Assembly (NCBI GenBank): GCA_963737265.1
Contig: CAVTRY010000007.1
Span: 384,001 to 448,000 of the forward strand
Direction of reading: 5' to 3'
DNA length: 64,000 nucleotides
Source of the DNA: an uncultured delta proteobacterium
Lineage (GTDB): Bacteria > Myxococcota_A > Polyangia > Fen-1088
The notes beneath the pieces are model-generated. The model was given only the letters and a program-made list of their open reading frames with translations, had not been told where the DNA came from and did not search any database. Position 1 is the stretch's first letter, and the number at the start of each line of letters is the position of its first letter. Below are positions 10,522 through 22,315 of this stretch, one piece after another. The position numbers and the translations under genes are program-made.

Positions 10522-10852
10522 TCAAAAGATAGAATTTCTCATGAACTCGTACGAGTCGATCACACACGCCACGCCGCGGCCTTCTCCGCCCTCGCCAGTT
10601 TCGTCGGCCCGCACCACTCGCCCTTTGCACTGGATGGTCACATTTTCCGGACCGCCCGTCATCTCCGGCGGCAGCGTAATTTCAAATTCTACGGGCGAAC
10701 CAATTTCCATCGAGGCATCGGCGCTGATGTACACTCCGGCCGCGCTCAGATTCCCGGTCATTCCCTTCGGCGTCTCCGCCGGCATCGCCCTTATGAATCT
10801 TAATCGGCAATTCCAGCGGAAACCTTTTTCCCGTCCGCGCTTCTTCGCCCAC
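10522..10852 (-). CDS. PilZ domain protein (frameshifted)
   Basis: RTGKRF (RxxxR), NLSAAG (D/NxSxxG), GRVVR; SD GAGGAGG before GTG 10852. Confidence 0.85.
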
Positions 10853-11073
10853 AGGGCCTCCTCTTTGCTGGCCGATACTTCTTATGCTCTCTGAGGATGA
10901 GGCCAACGTCATCAAACTAAGCTCCCGGCGGGGTCTTCGCCCGCATTTGTGCTCAGGGGCGGTTATATCACGAAAGTTATCGCCGTAAAAGCCTGATAAC
11001 CCATTAGTTAACGGTAATATCTAGGTTCCCCCCTGCGGCCTGGAGGCGAATTTTCAGCCAGCAACGCCTAATT

Positions 11074-11964
11074 TTATTGATAACGCCGGTCGAAATAAGG
11101 AGGCCAGTCGCCACGCTTGCCGGTCACAATCAGTTCTGCGCCGAACCGCCCGCCGTAGTTCACTCCGAACAATCGGTGGCGTAATTCATTGTGCTTCAGG
11201 ACTGGCCAGCGCAGCAGAATGCCGAGCCTCTGGGTCAGGGTGGGCGCATAGTTTTTGAAATCGAGCACGCGAATCTCGTCGAAGCCGCAAATATCGAGCA
11301 ATGAGGTCAAGTTGGCTCCCGCAAAGCCGTACTCGTGTGACAGCGTCACGTAGAGGCTGGAATTTGCGCATGGCCCTTCCATGTTGGGCGTACGCAGCAA
11401 CAACGTCCCCCCGCGCTTCAGCGCCCAATAGAGCGCATCCACTACCCAGAACAGCGAGTACTTAGGCACATGCTCAATCACGTGCGACATGTGGATGAAA
11501 TCGTACTGCTCCTTCTGCTGGCTCAGAAACTCACCAATGTTTTCGTGAATCTCGTGTAACACGATTCGATCCGGCGCCCACTCGCCAATGTAGTTCTTGT
11601 GCGTGATGCCAAAGTCGGCCCCGGCCAGATTCCGATATCCCAACTTCAAGCACGCAGCCAGGAACCATCCTCCACCAAAACCGATATCAAGTATGCGGGC
11701 GTCCTTGTCCTTGGGAAGATACGGCGCGTACTGCCGCGTCGCCATCAACACCGTAACGTCGTTTTCAGTCTTGCTCCAACTTGGACGGCACTTTTCCGCT
11801 GCATGGCGCAACGACATGCGGCGATATACTTCGGCAATAAAGGCGTGCGGATCCAAGGGAACCGTTTCTGCGGACGATAGCGAAGCAAGAATAGTAGCAG
11901 AGGCCCTTATGGCTCGGCTGGTTCGATCTGGAAGACACATTCGCCGTGCTGGCCTTCTCACCAT
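11074..11964 (-). CDS. Class I SAM-dependent methyltransferase (true start probably downstream of 11964)
   Basis: ILDIGFGGG, YDFIHMSHVIEHV, LKRGGTLLLRTPN. Confidence 0.85.
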   Translation of the reverse strand: MVRRPARRMCLPDRTSRAIRASATILASLSSAETVPLDPHAFIAEVYRRMSLRHAAEKCRPSWSKTENDVTVLMATRQYAPYLPKDKDARILDIGFGGGWFLAACLKLGYRNLAGADFGITHKNYIGEWAPDRIVLHEIHENIGEFLSQQKEQYDFIHMSHVIEHVPKYSLFWVVDALYWALKRGGTLLLRTPNMEGPCANSSLYVTLSHEYGFAGANLTSLLDICGFDEIRVLDFKNYAPTLTQRLGILLRWPVLKHNELRHRLFGVNYGGRFGAELIVTGKRGDWPPYFDRRYQ

Positions 11965-12138
11965 CTCACTCGGGGTTTAAATTTGCGGGACGCGGAAGCG
12001 AAGTCGAACCAAATGTCATCGAAAGTGTGCTTGAGAGTTTCCATTCTACAACCGCGCTCCCAGGGCATCGACCGGCCTGCTTTAGAGCGCCAGCCGTCTG
12101 AACGCGTAAGTATCCTCGACGAAAGGGAATTTGATCCG

Positions 12139-13655
12139 ATGACGACCTCCTCTCACCGCCGCTTGCATGCTGCTGCCCGGGTCTTTTCTTGCACTCTCAT
12201 TTTTAGTCTTTTTATCAGAGCGACCGTTGTTCTGGCCCAGACCCCACCCCAAAAGCCAGCTCAAACCTCGCCGCAGAAAACTCCTGCTACGCCAGAGGCA
12301 GCGGTCAATTCTCCTGAATCTCCCAACGTCCTGCTACAGCTCAACAGCGCTTTACAGGACCTGGCCGCCCGAGTCTCCCCCGCGGTGGTGCAGATTCTGG
12401 TCACCGGATACGGCCCGCTGCACGAGCGAAGATCGATCCCAGACTGCGCTACATCGTCCGCCAGCACGCCGTCGGCTCGGGAGTCATCGTCGACTCCGAC
12501 GGCTACATCATGACCAACGCCCACGTGGTCGAGGGTGCGCAACGCATTCGCGTCGCCCTGCCGCTGCCCATGGGCGACTCCGCCGGCCAGGTGCCGATCG
12601 GCAAGCGCCGCATCCTGGAGGCCCGCCTCGTCGGCCAGCACAAGGAAACCGATCTCGCCCTGCTGAAGATCGACGAGACCGCTCTGCCCACGCTTCCTCT
12701 CGTCAGCCAGCAGCGGCCGCACGTCGGGCAACTCGTCTTCGCCATCGGCAGCCCCGAAGGCCTGCAGAATTCCGTGACCATGGGCGTGGTCAGCGCGGTG
12801 GCCCGCCAGCCCGATCCCAGCAAGCCGCTCACTTACATTCAGACCGACGCTCCCATCAACCCCGGCAACAGCGGCGGCCCGCTGGTGGATATGAACGGCG
12901 CCGTGCTCGGCATCAACACCTTCATTCTGTCGCAAGGCGGAGGCAGCGAAGGTCTCGGCTTCGCCATTCCCGCTCGCGTGGTCGATTTCGTTTACCACAG
13001 CCTGCGCAAATACGGGCACGTCCACCGGGTGGAAATCGGCGCCGCCGCGCAGGAGATCACGCCGACTCTGGCCGACGGCCTGCACCTTCCGCAGCACTGG
13101 GGCGTCGTCGTCGCCGACGTCAAGCCGGATGGCCCGGCCGCCGCGGCTGGCCTGCAGATTCAGGACATCATTCTCATCGCCGACGACCGCCGCATCGAGA
13201 CTCTGCCGTCACTATCCGCCGCGTCTGTATCTGCACCGCCTCGATCAGGTCGTGAAGCTGGAAATCCTGCGCGGCAAGGGAAAGAAAGACGCTCTACGTT
13301 CCGGCCATCGAACACCGCGACCAGATGGACCAGCTTCTCGATGCCGTCAATCCGGAAAACAGTCTGGTCTCGCGCCTGGGCATTCTTGCCATCGATCTCA
13401 CCGACGACCTTGCGCTCCCAACTAAGCTCCCTGCGCATTCCGTCTGGAGTGGTCGTGGTCGGGCGCGCCGCCGACCTCATCCTGCCCGATAACGGCCTGC
13501 AAACCGGAGACATCATCCACCAACTAAACGAAACTCCAATCGATTCGCTCGCCAAACTCCGCCAGTCCGTGAACGCACTCAAAACCGGTGACCCGGTAGT
13601 CTTCCAGGTCGAGCGCGACGACGGCCTGATGTACGTAACCTTAGAGATGGAATAG
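12139..13655 (+). CDS. HtrA/DegP-type serine protease with two PDZ domains (frameshifted)
   Basis: Signal peptide; TNAHVV, DLALLK, QTDAPINPGNSGGPL; PDZ motifs GPAAAAGLQIQD and GLQTGDII. Confidence 0.9.
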
Positions 13656-13687
13656 ATCGCTGCCTGGGAAAGTTGAGAAAAAAGGGA

Positions 13688-13731
13688 TGTCATCCCGAGC
13701 GGAGGCGTTCTTCAGCCGGAGCGAAGATCTC
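13688..13731. repeat. REP-like element between convergent genes
   Basis: TGTCATCCCGAGCGGAGGCG...GGAGCGAAGATCTC resembles the GTCATCC(C/T)GAGC..GCGAAG(G)ATCT interspersed repeat type. Confidence 0.55.
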
Positions 13732-13756
13732 CCGCGCAACCGCTCTCGGGGGAGAG

Positions 13757-15508
13757 CTAGAACGCGCTCCCGCCGCCGCCGCCGAACCCGCCGCCCGAAA
13801 ATCCTCCGCCCCCTCCGCCGAATTCTCCGCCGCCGCTCCAACCTGATCCCGTAGAACTCGCCCGCGGCGCGGAGACGAATACCTGGTGCATATCGCCCGC
13901 CATGCTGTGCATCGAGCTCGAAAAGAAAATCGGATTAAACCCCATCCCCGGCCCGTAGCCCGGCCCCACGTACCAGCTCGGCGGATCTTTACGATCCCCG
14001 CAAACGCCTGCGCCCAGTGATGCTCCACGCCCAGCGCCATCGCGTACGGTAAATACTTTTCAAAAGTAGTCGGCGGCATCTTTTTCAACCGCTCGCCGTC
14101 AACGCGATTCATGAACTCCTGAAATCCCAGCACCGCGATCCACGCCCGCGCCCCCTTCACCGTCTTCGCCGTCATCACCCGCGCGAACAGCCACCAGATC
14201 ACCGCCGAGACGATTCCTGCCCCAATCAGCAGCGGAATCGAATCGAGAAAGTTCGCCCATCCCAGAAACTGAAAAGCCACAAACAAACTGACAATGACGA
14301 CGCCGGCGCCAACGCTATATCCATTCGCCGATTCGGGATCAAGCAAGTACATCCCTTTGTTCTTGAGCGCCGCCATAATGTCCTGGCGAATGATGGGCAC
14401 CGCCGTATAGAAACGGTTCTTGAGCTCGGAAAGCCGCGTCTGCTGGCCGCCTTCGAACACATTCTCCAGCATCACCCGCTCGTGCGGCGCCAGACCGGCG
14501 TCATTCCATTCGGCCCGCGGCTTCAGCAGGTGGAAAACATAGTCCTTGCCGGTGAAGATGAGTCCCTTCTCCGCCGTCTCTTCAATCTTGATATATCCCC
14601 GCACCGCTAGATCGACCATCGTCGATGTAATGTCCCGTGGATGGATCTCGTCTTCCAGCAACGCGCCCGCCTCCGCCGGAGACATACCCTCCGGCGGCTC
14701 GTACATCGGTGCCACTGACATCCCGGGATCGGGATCGCGCCCCTTGTACCACCACAGCAGAAACATGACCGCGACCGTCACCAGCGGCAAAAGAAGAATC
14801 GGATTGCCGCCCACGAACCAGAAGAAGCGCGCAATCGCGCTCGGCTGATGCAGAATTCCCTTCGGAATATAAACGTCAATCGTCAGCCCGCCGCGCATCG
14901 GCAAGCGGATTGTTGGTCTCAAATTCCGCTTCGGCCCCGTTCACCTTCGCCGCAGCATCGCGCTCGGTCGATCCGTAAACCCCGGTAAACGCCTGCGCGC
15001 GCAGCGAACCAGCCGCGCCGTCCGGAAACCGCACCATCGCCGAAGCATGATCAATCGGCACCGGCCAATCGTTCCCCGTAACATTCCAATAAAATTCGTC
15101 GTAGTCTTTGAAAATCGCGTGCCATTGCGCACCCGATACATGATCTCGACCGTGCGCGATCGCATCCACCGCGTCCGCAATATAAATCTTCAGATCGCGC
15201 TTGCCGTCAGAAGTCGAAGAGTCGTACTTCAGCGCATTGCCGCCTGCTCCATCGGTCACGCTTGCTACGTCGAGAAACAGTTCGTAGTTCGTCCCATCCG
15301 GCCCCGGGTATTCCATCGGAATGGTGCGATGAATCCCATGCCACTCGCCCTCAAAATCCAGCGTGATGCGCTCGGTAACCACCGCGCTGCCGTCCTCAGC
15401 GACAGAAATGTTGTCCTGAAAGTCGGCGACCCGCCAGGACTTGGCCCGGGCCGAGCCTGGAATCGCGCAGAGAAGCAGCAAGAGACAGAGCCAAGCCTTC
15501 TTCGGCAT
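13757..15508 (-). CDS. DUF2207 domain membrane protein (frameshifted)
   Basis: EDGSAVVTERIT, EFYWNVTGNDW, DLAVRGYIKI, LPYAMALG, Gly-rich tail GGGFSGGGFGGGGGSAF; downstream of lemA. Confidence 0.88.
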
Positions 15509-15552
15509 TTTCAAATCACCCGATTCACCGAATCACTCAATCACTCAATCAT

Positions 15553-16101
15553 CTAGAACTTCACCTGCACCGGTTCGCGATCGGCGTCGGTGGTCTCAAA
15601 GAACTGCCGCGCCGTGAAGCCGAACATCCCCGCGAGAATATTGGTCGGGAACGATTGAATCTTCGTATTCAGGTCGCGCACCACCGCGTTGTAGTAGCGC
15701 CGCGAATTCTGAATCGCGTCTTCGGTCTGGCTCAGCGATCCCTGCAGTTGCGTGAACTGCTCCGAAGCCTTGAGTTCAGGATAATTCTCCGCCACCGCGA
15801 ACAAGCTCTTCAACGCGCCCGTCAGCTGGTTCTCGGCCGCCGCCTTGTCGGCCGGGCCCGTGGCCTGCATCGCCTGCGACCGGAACTTGGCGATGTTCTC
15901 AAACGTGCCTTTTTCGTGCGCGGCGTATCCCTTGACCGTTTCCACCAGATTGGGAATCAGGTCGTGCCGCCGCTTGAGCTGCACATCAATGTCGGACCAC
16001 GCCGAATCGCAGCGCACTCGCAGCTGCACCAGGCTGTTGTACATCCCGATCAGCACTACGGCGATGACGACCAGAATTACCAGAATGATGATGCCAGTCA
16101 T
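15553..16101 (-). CDS. lemA: LemA family protein
   Basis: AWSDIDVQLKRRHDLIPNLVETVKGYA, ENYPELKAS, RRYYN, FPTNILAGMFGF. Confidence 0.95.
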   Translation of the reverse strand: MTGIIILVILVVIAVVLIGMYNSLVQLRVRCDSAWSDIDVQLKRRHDLIPNLVETVKGYAAHEKGTFENIAKFRSQAMQATGPADKAAAENQLTGALKSLFAVAENYPELKASEQFTQLQGSLSQTEDAIQNSRRYYNAVVRDLNTKIQSFPTNILAGMFGFTARQFFETTDADREPVQVKF

Positions 16102-16317
16102 GAGCGTCTCCTCAGCGGCACGGAACCGAAATCAATGGGACGTTACACACGGCAGAACCCCAGCAATGAGCGCAGGTCGCAAACGCGAACGCAGGCGGCG
16201 AGGATCTTTGCATCCTGCAATAAGCCGATTCAAGCAAGAGGGAGGCTAGGTGGCAGGTGGAAGCGTGGCCCTAGGGCCGCGTCAGGAAGTCTGAAGGGGA
16301 AAGCTGAGCACTGGTCG

Positions 16318-17337
16318 CTACTGCTGTGGCGCGAAGTATCCCTTGCGCGCCCGCACTTGCAGATCTTTCTTCAGCGAGGAGATTTCAATCGAGCGGTAGC
16401 GCCCGTCGGCGTCGAAATCGGCGGGCTTGTAGGAGACCACGTACTGGCTGCGGAGCTCGTCTTCAATCGCCGCGAAGGAGTGCGTAATGTCTTTCATCTT
16501 GAAGGGAAAGAAGGCGCGTCCGCCGGTGGCTTCGGCCAGTTGCTCCAGCACTTTGTCGCCGCGCATGACCAGGCCGCTGTCGTCGGTGGAAATGGCGTAG
16601 ATGATCACTTCAGAGCGTTGCGCCATCTCAATGGCCTGCGCCTTCGAGATTTCGCTCTGGTTATCTTCGCCGTCGCTGACGATCATGATGGCTTTCCGCA
16701 CCGGATGGTCGGAGCGGTCTTTCAGGAATTTCTCTTTGCACGCCTTATAGACGGCGTCGTAAAGCGCCGTTCCGCCGCCATCGTGCAGCTTGTGCACGCC
16801 GGCCGCCAGCAATGGCGCGTTGTCGGTGTAGTCCTGCGCCATCTGGCTGTGGGTATTGAAGCCGACAAGAAACGCCTTGTCAAAGCCGGCGCGCAGCGTG
16901 TGCTGCAGAAATCTGGTGGCCGCGTTCTGCTCGAAATCGAAACGGCCGTCGACCGATCCGCTCACATCGACCAGCAGGCCAAGATGCAGAGGCAGATCGG
17001 TTTCCCGGCGGAAATTCAGAATCGCCTGCGGCGGCTTGTGGTCGTCGAGAATGTTGAAATCGCTCTGATTCAGATCGCGCACGAACTTGCCGTGCTTGTC
17101 GGTCGCGATGAACAGCACGTTGACTTCATTCACCCGCGCGTGCAGCGTGATCACGCGGCTCTGCGGATCGTCAGCATTATCGATGGAAGCATCGGCAGCG
17201 TTCGCGTCGGCGTTGTAAGCGGCTCAGGCTCGGAGCGTCCCGACGGCATACGAGACTGGGCCCGCGACTGGGCAACCCAGCAAAGGTTGCCAGCAAAAGC
17301 GCAGAAGCCGCGAATTGTCGCAGTTCGTGTACTTCAT
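16318..17337 (-). CDS. VWA domain protein (acidobacterial secreted type; 5' end frameshifted)
   Basis: MIDAS DVSGS, GGTALYDAV, SDGEDN, LAEATGG, ELRSQY, RARKGY. Confidence 0.88.
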
Positions 17338-17697
17338 GCCGAAAAATCCAAATTTTTCACTCTAAACCGCGTCCAAAGACACTCCCAAGCTATTCGTTGC
17401 ACGCCAGATGCCGAAATCGCGGTCCCCACCAGACGCCGCTATCTGATTGACTTTAGGAGCGCGTCCGCCAGATGTGCCAAGTTACAAAAGGAGCACACGT
17501 TTGGTCATGGCAGAAAGCGTGCCGCTTCTGCCCTTTCGCGCGCTCCGGCATGCCCTTCCATCCGCGCAACAATCGGACAAAAGACGAGAACAAATCGTTA
17601 CCCTATTAGATTGCCGGAGTTGGTAATCAGATTCCGCTTCGAATATAGTCATCTCCAACGCGGCGGCTTTTCCTTAAAATCTGCACTGGAGGGACTC

Positions 17698-18420
17698 ATG
17701 AAGAAATTCATTCGTCTGTCTGGTCTGTCTGATCTGTCCGCAATTCAGCTTTGCCGCCGAGGACGATCGAGCACGAAGCCGATCGGGTCAAAGATGCCGG
17801 CGTGGTCCTGAAAGAAATCCTGAATATCCCTGACGACATTCCGCAGGATCTGCTCGACAAGGCCGAGTGCGTGATCATTCTGCCCTCCGTGAAAAAAGGA
17901 GCCTTCGGAGTTGGCGGCAGCTACGGCCGCGGCGTCATGATTTGCCGCAGCGGCGAGCACTACAAAGGCAAATGGGGAGCTCCGGCTCTGTACGCCCTGG
18001 AAGGCGTCAGCATCGGATTTCAGTTGGGCGGCCAGGCCACCGACTTTGTGCTGCTGGTGATGAATCCCAAAGGCGCGCAATCGTTGCTGTACAGCAAAGT
18101 GAAGCTGGGCGCGGATGCTTCGGCCGCCGCCGGTCCCAAAGGCCGCACCGCCGAAGGCGCCACCGACATCGTCATGAATGCCGAGATTCTCTCCTACTCG
18201 CGCAACAAAGGACTGTTCGCCGGCAGTTTCTCTGGAAGGCTCGACCCTGCGTTCCGATGGCAGCGCCAACGAAAAGCTCTACGGGAGAAAGCTGACCGCG
18301 AAAGAAATCATTCGTGAAGGCAAGGTCGCAGTATCCCGCCAGCGCCCGCGAACTGGTCTCGCTGCTCGACGCAAAGTCGCCGATAAACAAGTCGGACCCG
18401 AAGTCGCTGGAGTAAACCGA
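17698..18420 (+). CDS. SYLF/Ysc84 lipid-binding domain protein (frameshifted)
   Basis: IPQDLLDKAECVIILP, GGSYGRG, SIGFQLGGQATD, LGADASAAAGPKGR, SYSRNKGLFAG. Confidence 0.88.
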
Positions 18421-18436
18421 GTGAACCTCGGATCGC

Positions 18437-19030
18437 GTGACCGTCTGTGGTGAAAGCTTCGCCAGACCCAGCGTCCGTTGCGCCTGGGCCAGCGGCGAAC
18501 TCTCCATTCGCTATCACGATGAAGAATGGGGCGTGCCGGTGCACGACGACCGCACGCTCTTCGAATTTCTGATCCTCGAAGGCGCGCAGGCCGGCCTGAG
18601 CTGGACACGATCCTCAACAAGCGCGAGAACTATCGCCAAGCCTTCGACGGATTCGATCCCGCAGCGCGTCGCGCGCTACGACCGGCGCAAGATGCAGCAG
18701 CTGCTGCGCGATCCTGGCATCGTCCGCAACAGACTGAAGATCGCGTCGGCGGTCGAGAACGCCAAGGCATTTCTGCGCGTGCAGGAAGAGTTCGGCAGCT
18801 TCGACCGCTACATCTGGCAGTTCGTCGGCGGCAAGCCGCGCGTGAACGCCTGCCGAATCGCTGCAAGCAGGTTCCCGCGCGCACGCCCGAATCCGACGCC
18901 ATGAGCAAGGACCTCAAGAAGCGCGGCTTCAAATTCGTCGGATCGACCATCTGCTACGCCTTCATGCAGGCGGCGGGCATGGTGAACGACCACGTGATCG
19001 ACTTGCTTCCGTTACAAGGAGCTCACGTAG
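18437..19030 (+). CDS. tag: DNA-3-methyladenine glycosylase I (frameshifted)
   Basis: RCAWA, YHDEEWG, LEGAQAGLSW, IVRNRLKI, GFKFVGSTICYAFMQAAGMVNDH. Confidence 0.93.
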
Positions 19031-19089
19031 CGGCGGACCCTCCGCCAGTAAGCGCAGCCTTCGGCAGGGATTTGTGTGGCGACCCGATT

Positions 19090-19575
19090 TCAGCGTGGCC
19101 CGTGCAAAACGTTCGCCGTCAAATAGACCGCGATCAATCCCAGCAGCAGCACCGCGCCTTCCACACGCGTCGACCATACATGCAGCGCGTCGAACTGCAC
19201 CCGCGCCGGATTATCCAGCGGCACGGTGGCGAAGTCCGCGACCGGGCGCGCAGCGTATCCATGCGCGGGATAATCCAGAACTGCGAGATCAGCGTCAGCG
19301 CGAGCATCAGGCAGATGAGCACGTGGCGCAGCGCAAACACATGTGCAGTTGCCGTCGGTCAGCCGGCTGTAGAGCAGGGAACTGACCAGAAACACGATCC
19401 CGGAGACGATCGCGATCCAGTGCAGCTTTCCCAGCGCGCGTCCGACGACGTTTCCGGCCAGATGCGTGTTGGGCAAGACCTGAAACGCCGTCGGCGCCAG
19501 CACAAACGCGAAGAAAATCAACCCGCCGATCCACACCACCAGCGACAGCAGCATGAGATAGCGAAGGAATGACAT
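19090..19575 (-). CDS. DUF4149/TMEM205-like 4-TM membrane protein
   Basis: WIGGLIFFAFVLAPTAF, AGNVVG, IIPRM, FDALHVWS. Confidence 0.75.
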   Translation of the reverse strand: MSFLRYLMLLSLVVWIGGLIFFAFVLAPTAFQVLPNTHLAGNVVGRALGKLHWIAIVSGIVFLVSSLLYSRLTDGNCTCVCAAPRAHLPDARADADLAVLDYPAHGYAARPVADFATVPLDNPARVQFDALHVWSTRVEGAVLLLGLIAVYLTANVLHGPR

Positions 19576-19636
19576 GACGGGAGCATTATAGCCAGCCCTG
19601 CCGACGAAGTATTGTCGATGAAGGGAAGCCACTCCT

Positions 19637-20611
19637 TTAGACCGGAACCGCAACACTCTCCACAATCTCGCGCAGCACCTGATCCGACTGCTCAGATTTT
19701 CTCAGCGTCGAAGCGTAGAGACCGCTCACGACCACGCGATGGGCGAATACAGGGACGACCAGCGGCTTGAAATCTTCCGGAGTGCAGAACGTCGCGGCCT
19801 TCGAGAAAAGCCATGGCTTGCGCTGCGCGGTACAGAGCTTGCGATCCGCGAGGCGAGACGCCCAGCGACAGAAATTCCGACTCGCGCGTGCGGCGCACGA
19901 TTTCCAGAGCGTAGCTGACCAGCGACTCATCCACGCGAATTTGCTTAACCGCCTCCTGCATCTCGATCACATCTTCGCCAGTGAGCACCGGGCGAGTATC
20001 GCTCATGCGCGACGCGCCCGCCTCGGAGCGCAGAATCTCGCGCTCCGCCTGCGCGTCGGGATATCCCATGCGCACCCGCATCAGAAAGCGATCCAGTTGG
20101 GATTCCGGCAGCGGATATGTTCCATGATGCTCCACCGGATTCTGCGTCGCGATCACCAGAAACGGCTGCGGCAATTCGTAAGAGTGCGCATCGACCGTAA
20201 CTTGGCCTTCGTTCATGGCCTCAAGCAGCGCGGACTGGGTCTTGGGCGTGGTGCGATTGATCTCGTCCGACAACAGAATGTTGGTAAACACCGGGCCGCG
20301 CTTGAATTCAAACCGCTGCTCCAGCGCCGAGTAGACAGAGATTCCCAGCACATCGGACGGCAGCATGTCGCTAGTAAACTGCACCCGCTGAAAATTGCAA
20401 TCGATGGCGCGGGCCAGCGCCTGTCCGAGCGTAGTCTTGCCCACGCCGGGAACGCCTTCAATCAGCAAATGTCCCCGCGCAAAAATGCTGACCAGCGCCA
20501 GGCGAACCACATCGTCCTTGCCGCGAATCACGCGGCGAAGCGCCTTTTCCAGTTCCGCCGCTTTCTCAAATACAGCCTTGTGGGACTCACGCTGGCAGTC
20601 TCAGGAGACAT
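19637..20611 (-). CDS. MoxR family AAA+ ATPase
   Basis: GHLLIEGVPGVGKT, RVQFTSDMLPSD, DEINR, ATQNP, PLPESQLDRF, SPRG. Confidence 0.93.
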
Positions 20612-20781
20612 TCTATGGATTCTACTATTGCACGCTGAAGGGGCCGAGTTACCTACGTTACTTAGCAATAAAGCTAAGAGCTACGAACAACGCAGCAGAG
20701 ACAGAACGATACCCGAATAGTCCAAACTTGCCGTTAATGATTCGCGAAAAAGATCAGGGCTAGCTCACAGCTCGCTGCTCT

Positions 20782-21651
20782 CTACTGCGTAAACTCCGCC
20801 GGCCGCCCTGTCAGCCGCTCGATGCGCTTCGCGATCGGTGGATGCGTCGAGAACAAATTGGCAAACATGCCCGCATTCACTCCCAGGAACGGCTGAATGA
20901 TGAACAAATGCGCCGTCGAAGGGCTGGCCTGCAGAGGCGTGCGCCGCGCATAAGCGTCAAGCTTCTGCAGCGCGCTAGCCAGCGCATAAGGATTGCCCGT
21001 AAAATGCGCTCCCGTGGCGTCCGCCTGATATTCCCGCGAGCGCGATACCGCCAGCTGAATCAGCGTAGCCGCAATCGGCGCCACGATCAGCATAAACAGC
21101 GCGCTCAATCCCCCTCCACGATCATTGCGGTCGCGGCCTCCAAAGCCGCCGAAGAACATGGCCCAGCGCCCCATGCTGGCGAGCATGGTGATCGCTCCCG
21201 CCAGCGTGGCCGCCACTGAGCTGATCAGAATGTCACGATTGTTCACGTGGCCGAGTTCGTGAGCGAGCACGCCTTCGAGTTCTTCGTCAGTCAGCAATCC
21301 CAAAATTCCGTGCGTCACCGCAACCGAAGCGTGGCTCGGATTCCGCCCCGTGGCAAACGCATTCGGCGATTCGCTGGGGATCACGTAAATCTTCGGCATC
21401 GGAATGCCGATTTTCTGCGTCAGCCGCTCCACCGCCGCATAGGCGCGCGGCAGTTGCTCCCGGGTCACCGGCTGGGCGCGATACATAGCCAGCGCAATCT
21501 TGTCCGAATAGAAGTACGAGACGAAGTTCATGACGGCCGCGAATACCAATGCGATGAACATGCCGTTCTGTCCGCCAAAGTAGCGGCCGAACATCATCAG
21601 CAGCAGCGTCATGAGCGTCAAAAGAAACGCGGTCTTGAATGTGTTTCCCAT
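20782..21651 (-). CDS. htpX: Zinc metalloprotease HtpX
   Basis: PNAFATGRNP, HELGH, SRSREYQAD, FSTHPP. Confidence 0.95.
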   Translation of the reverse strand: MGNTFKTAFLLTLMTLLLMMFGRYFGGQNGMFIALVFAAVMNFVSYFYSDKIALAMYRAQPVTREQLPRAYAAVERLTQKIGIPMPKIYVIPSESPNAFATGRNPSHASVAVTHGILGLLTDEELEGVLAHELGHVNNRDILISSVAATLAGAITMLASMGRWAMFFGGFGGRDRNDRGGGLSALFMLIVAPIAATLIQLAVSRSREYQADATGAHFTGNPYALASALQKLDAYARRTPLQASPSTAHLFIIQPFLGVNAGMFANLFSTHPPIAKRIERLTGRPAEFTQ

Positions 21652-21774
21652 AGGGGTGTGAAACTAGCTTAGTCCATTTCATTAGATGGTGGGGCGACGG
21701 CGGCGATGCAATGGCTGCGGTACGTGGCGGGCCGATTGGAATCACAGGCTTAGAAATGACAAGTGGAGGGCGCC

Positions 21775-21957
21775 GGGTGCCCCGCCCAAACTCGGCTTGG
21801 CAGGGATTTTGACTCACAAAACCGGGAAGGGCACGACTTCCAGTCGTGCCAATCCAGCCGCCAAAAACAGAACCGACTTTAACCGCCGTATGCAGCCCTC
21901 AGCGGCTATAAGCCGGATTCCGTTAACTCATTTACCGGCATGGATTTAAGTCGTGCC
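21775..21957. repeat. Cluster of REP-like palindromes
   Basis: GGCACGACT-TCC-AGTCGTGCC hairpin, CGGCT-ATA-AGCCG, GGCATGGATTTAAGTCGTGCC, GGGTGCCCC element. Confidence 0.6.
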
Positions 21958-22123
21958 ATTCGCAGCTCGCCCCGATCCTCGATTAACTTTTCCACAGCCC
22001 ACCGCGAATAAATCCCGTTGGTGTGACGAACGACCTTTACTGTGGATTTCAAAAAGCAGAAGCTCGATTCATGCGCGCAAGGCCTACGCACGTCATCACC
22101 ATAGGACAATGCCCCACCCCGCT

Positions 22124-22181
22124 AACTCCTTATTCCACAATATTTTGCCCGCAACTCCTTGCCGCTCAATATTTTGCCCGC
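22124..22181. repeat. Two tandem 29-bp direct repeats AACTCCTT-N6-CAATATTTTGCCCGC
   Basis: 22124-22152 and 22153-22181 differ only in the 6-bp core. Confidence 0.9.
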
Positions 22182-22315
22182 CCGCAACGCCACCTGTTCC
22201 CGCCAACTTCGCAGGAACAAAGAATTTACAAGAAGTGATTAAAAAAAAAATGAGTGCATATTTGGTAAACCGTCTTACCCAAGCCAGACTCTCGAAAACG
22301 CGACTGCGGCCTGCG

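Noticed and set aside
21980-22250. Replication origin (TTTTCCACA and similar DnaA-box-like words plus an AT-rich tract)
   Set aside because: Only one good box, and no dnaA, dnaN or parAB context.
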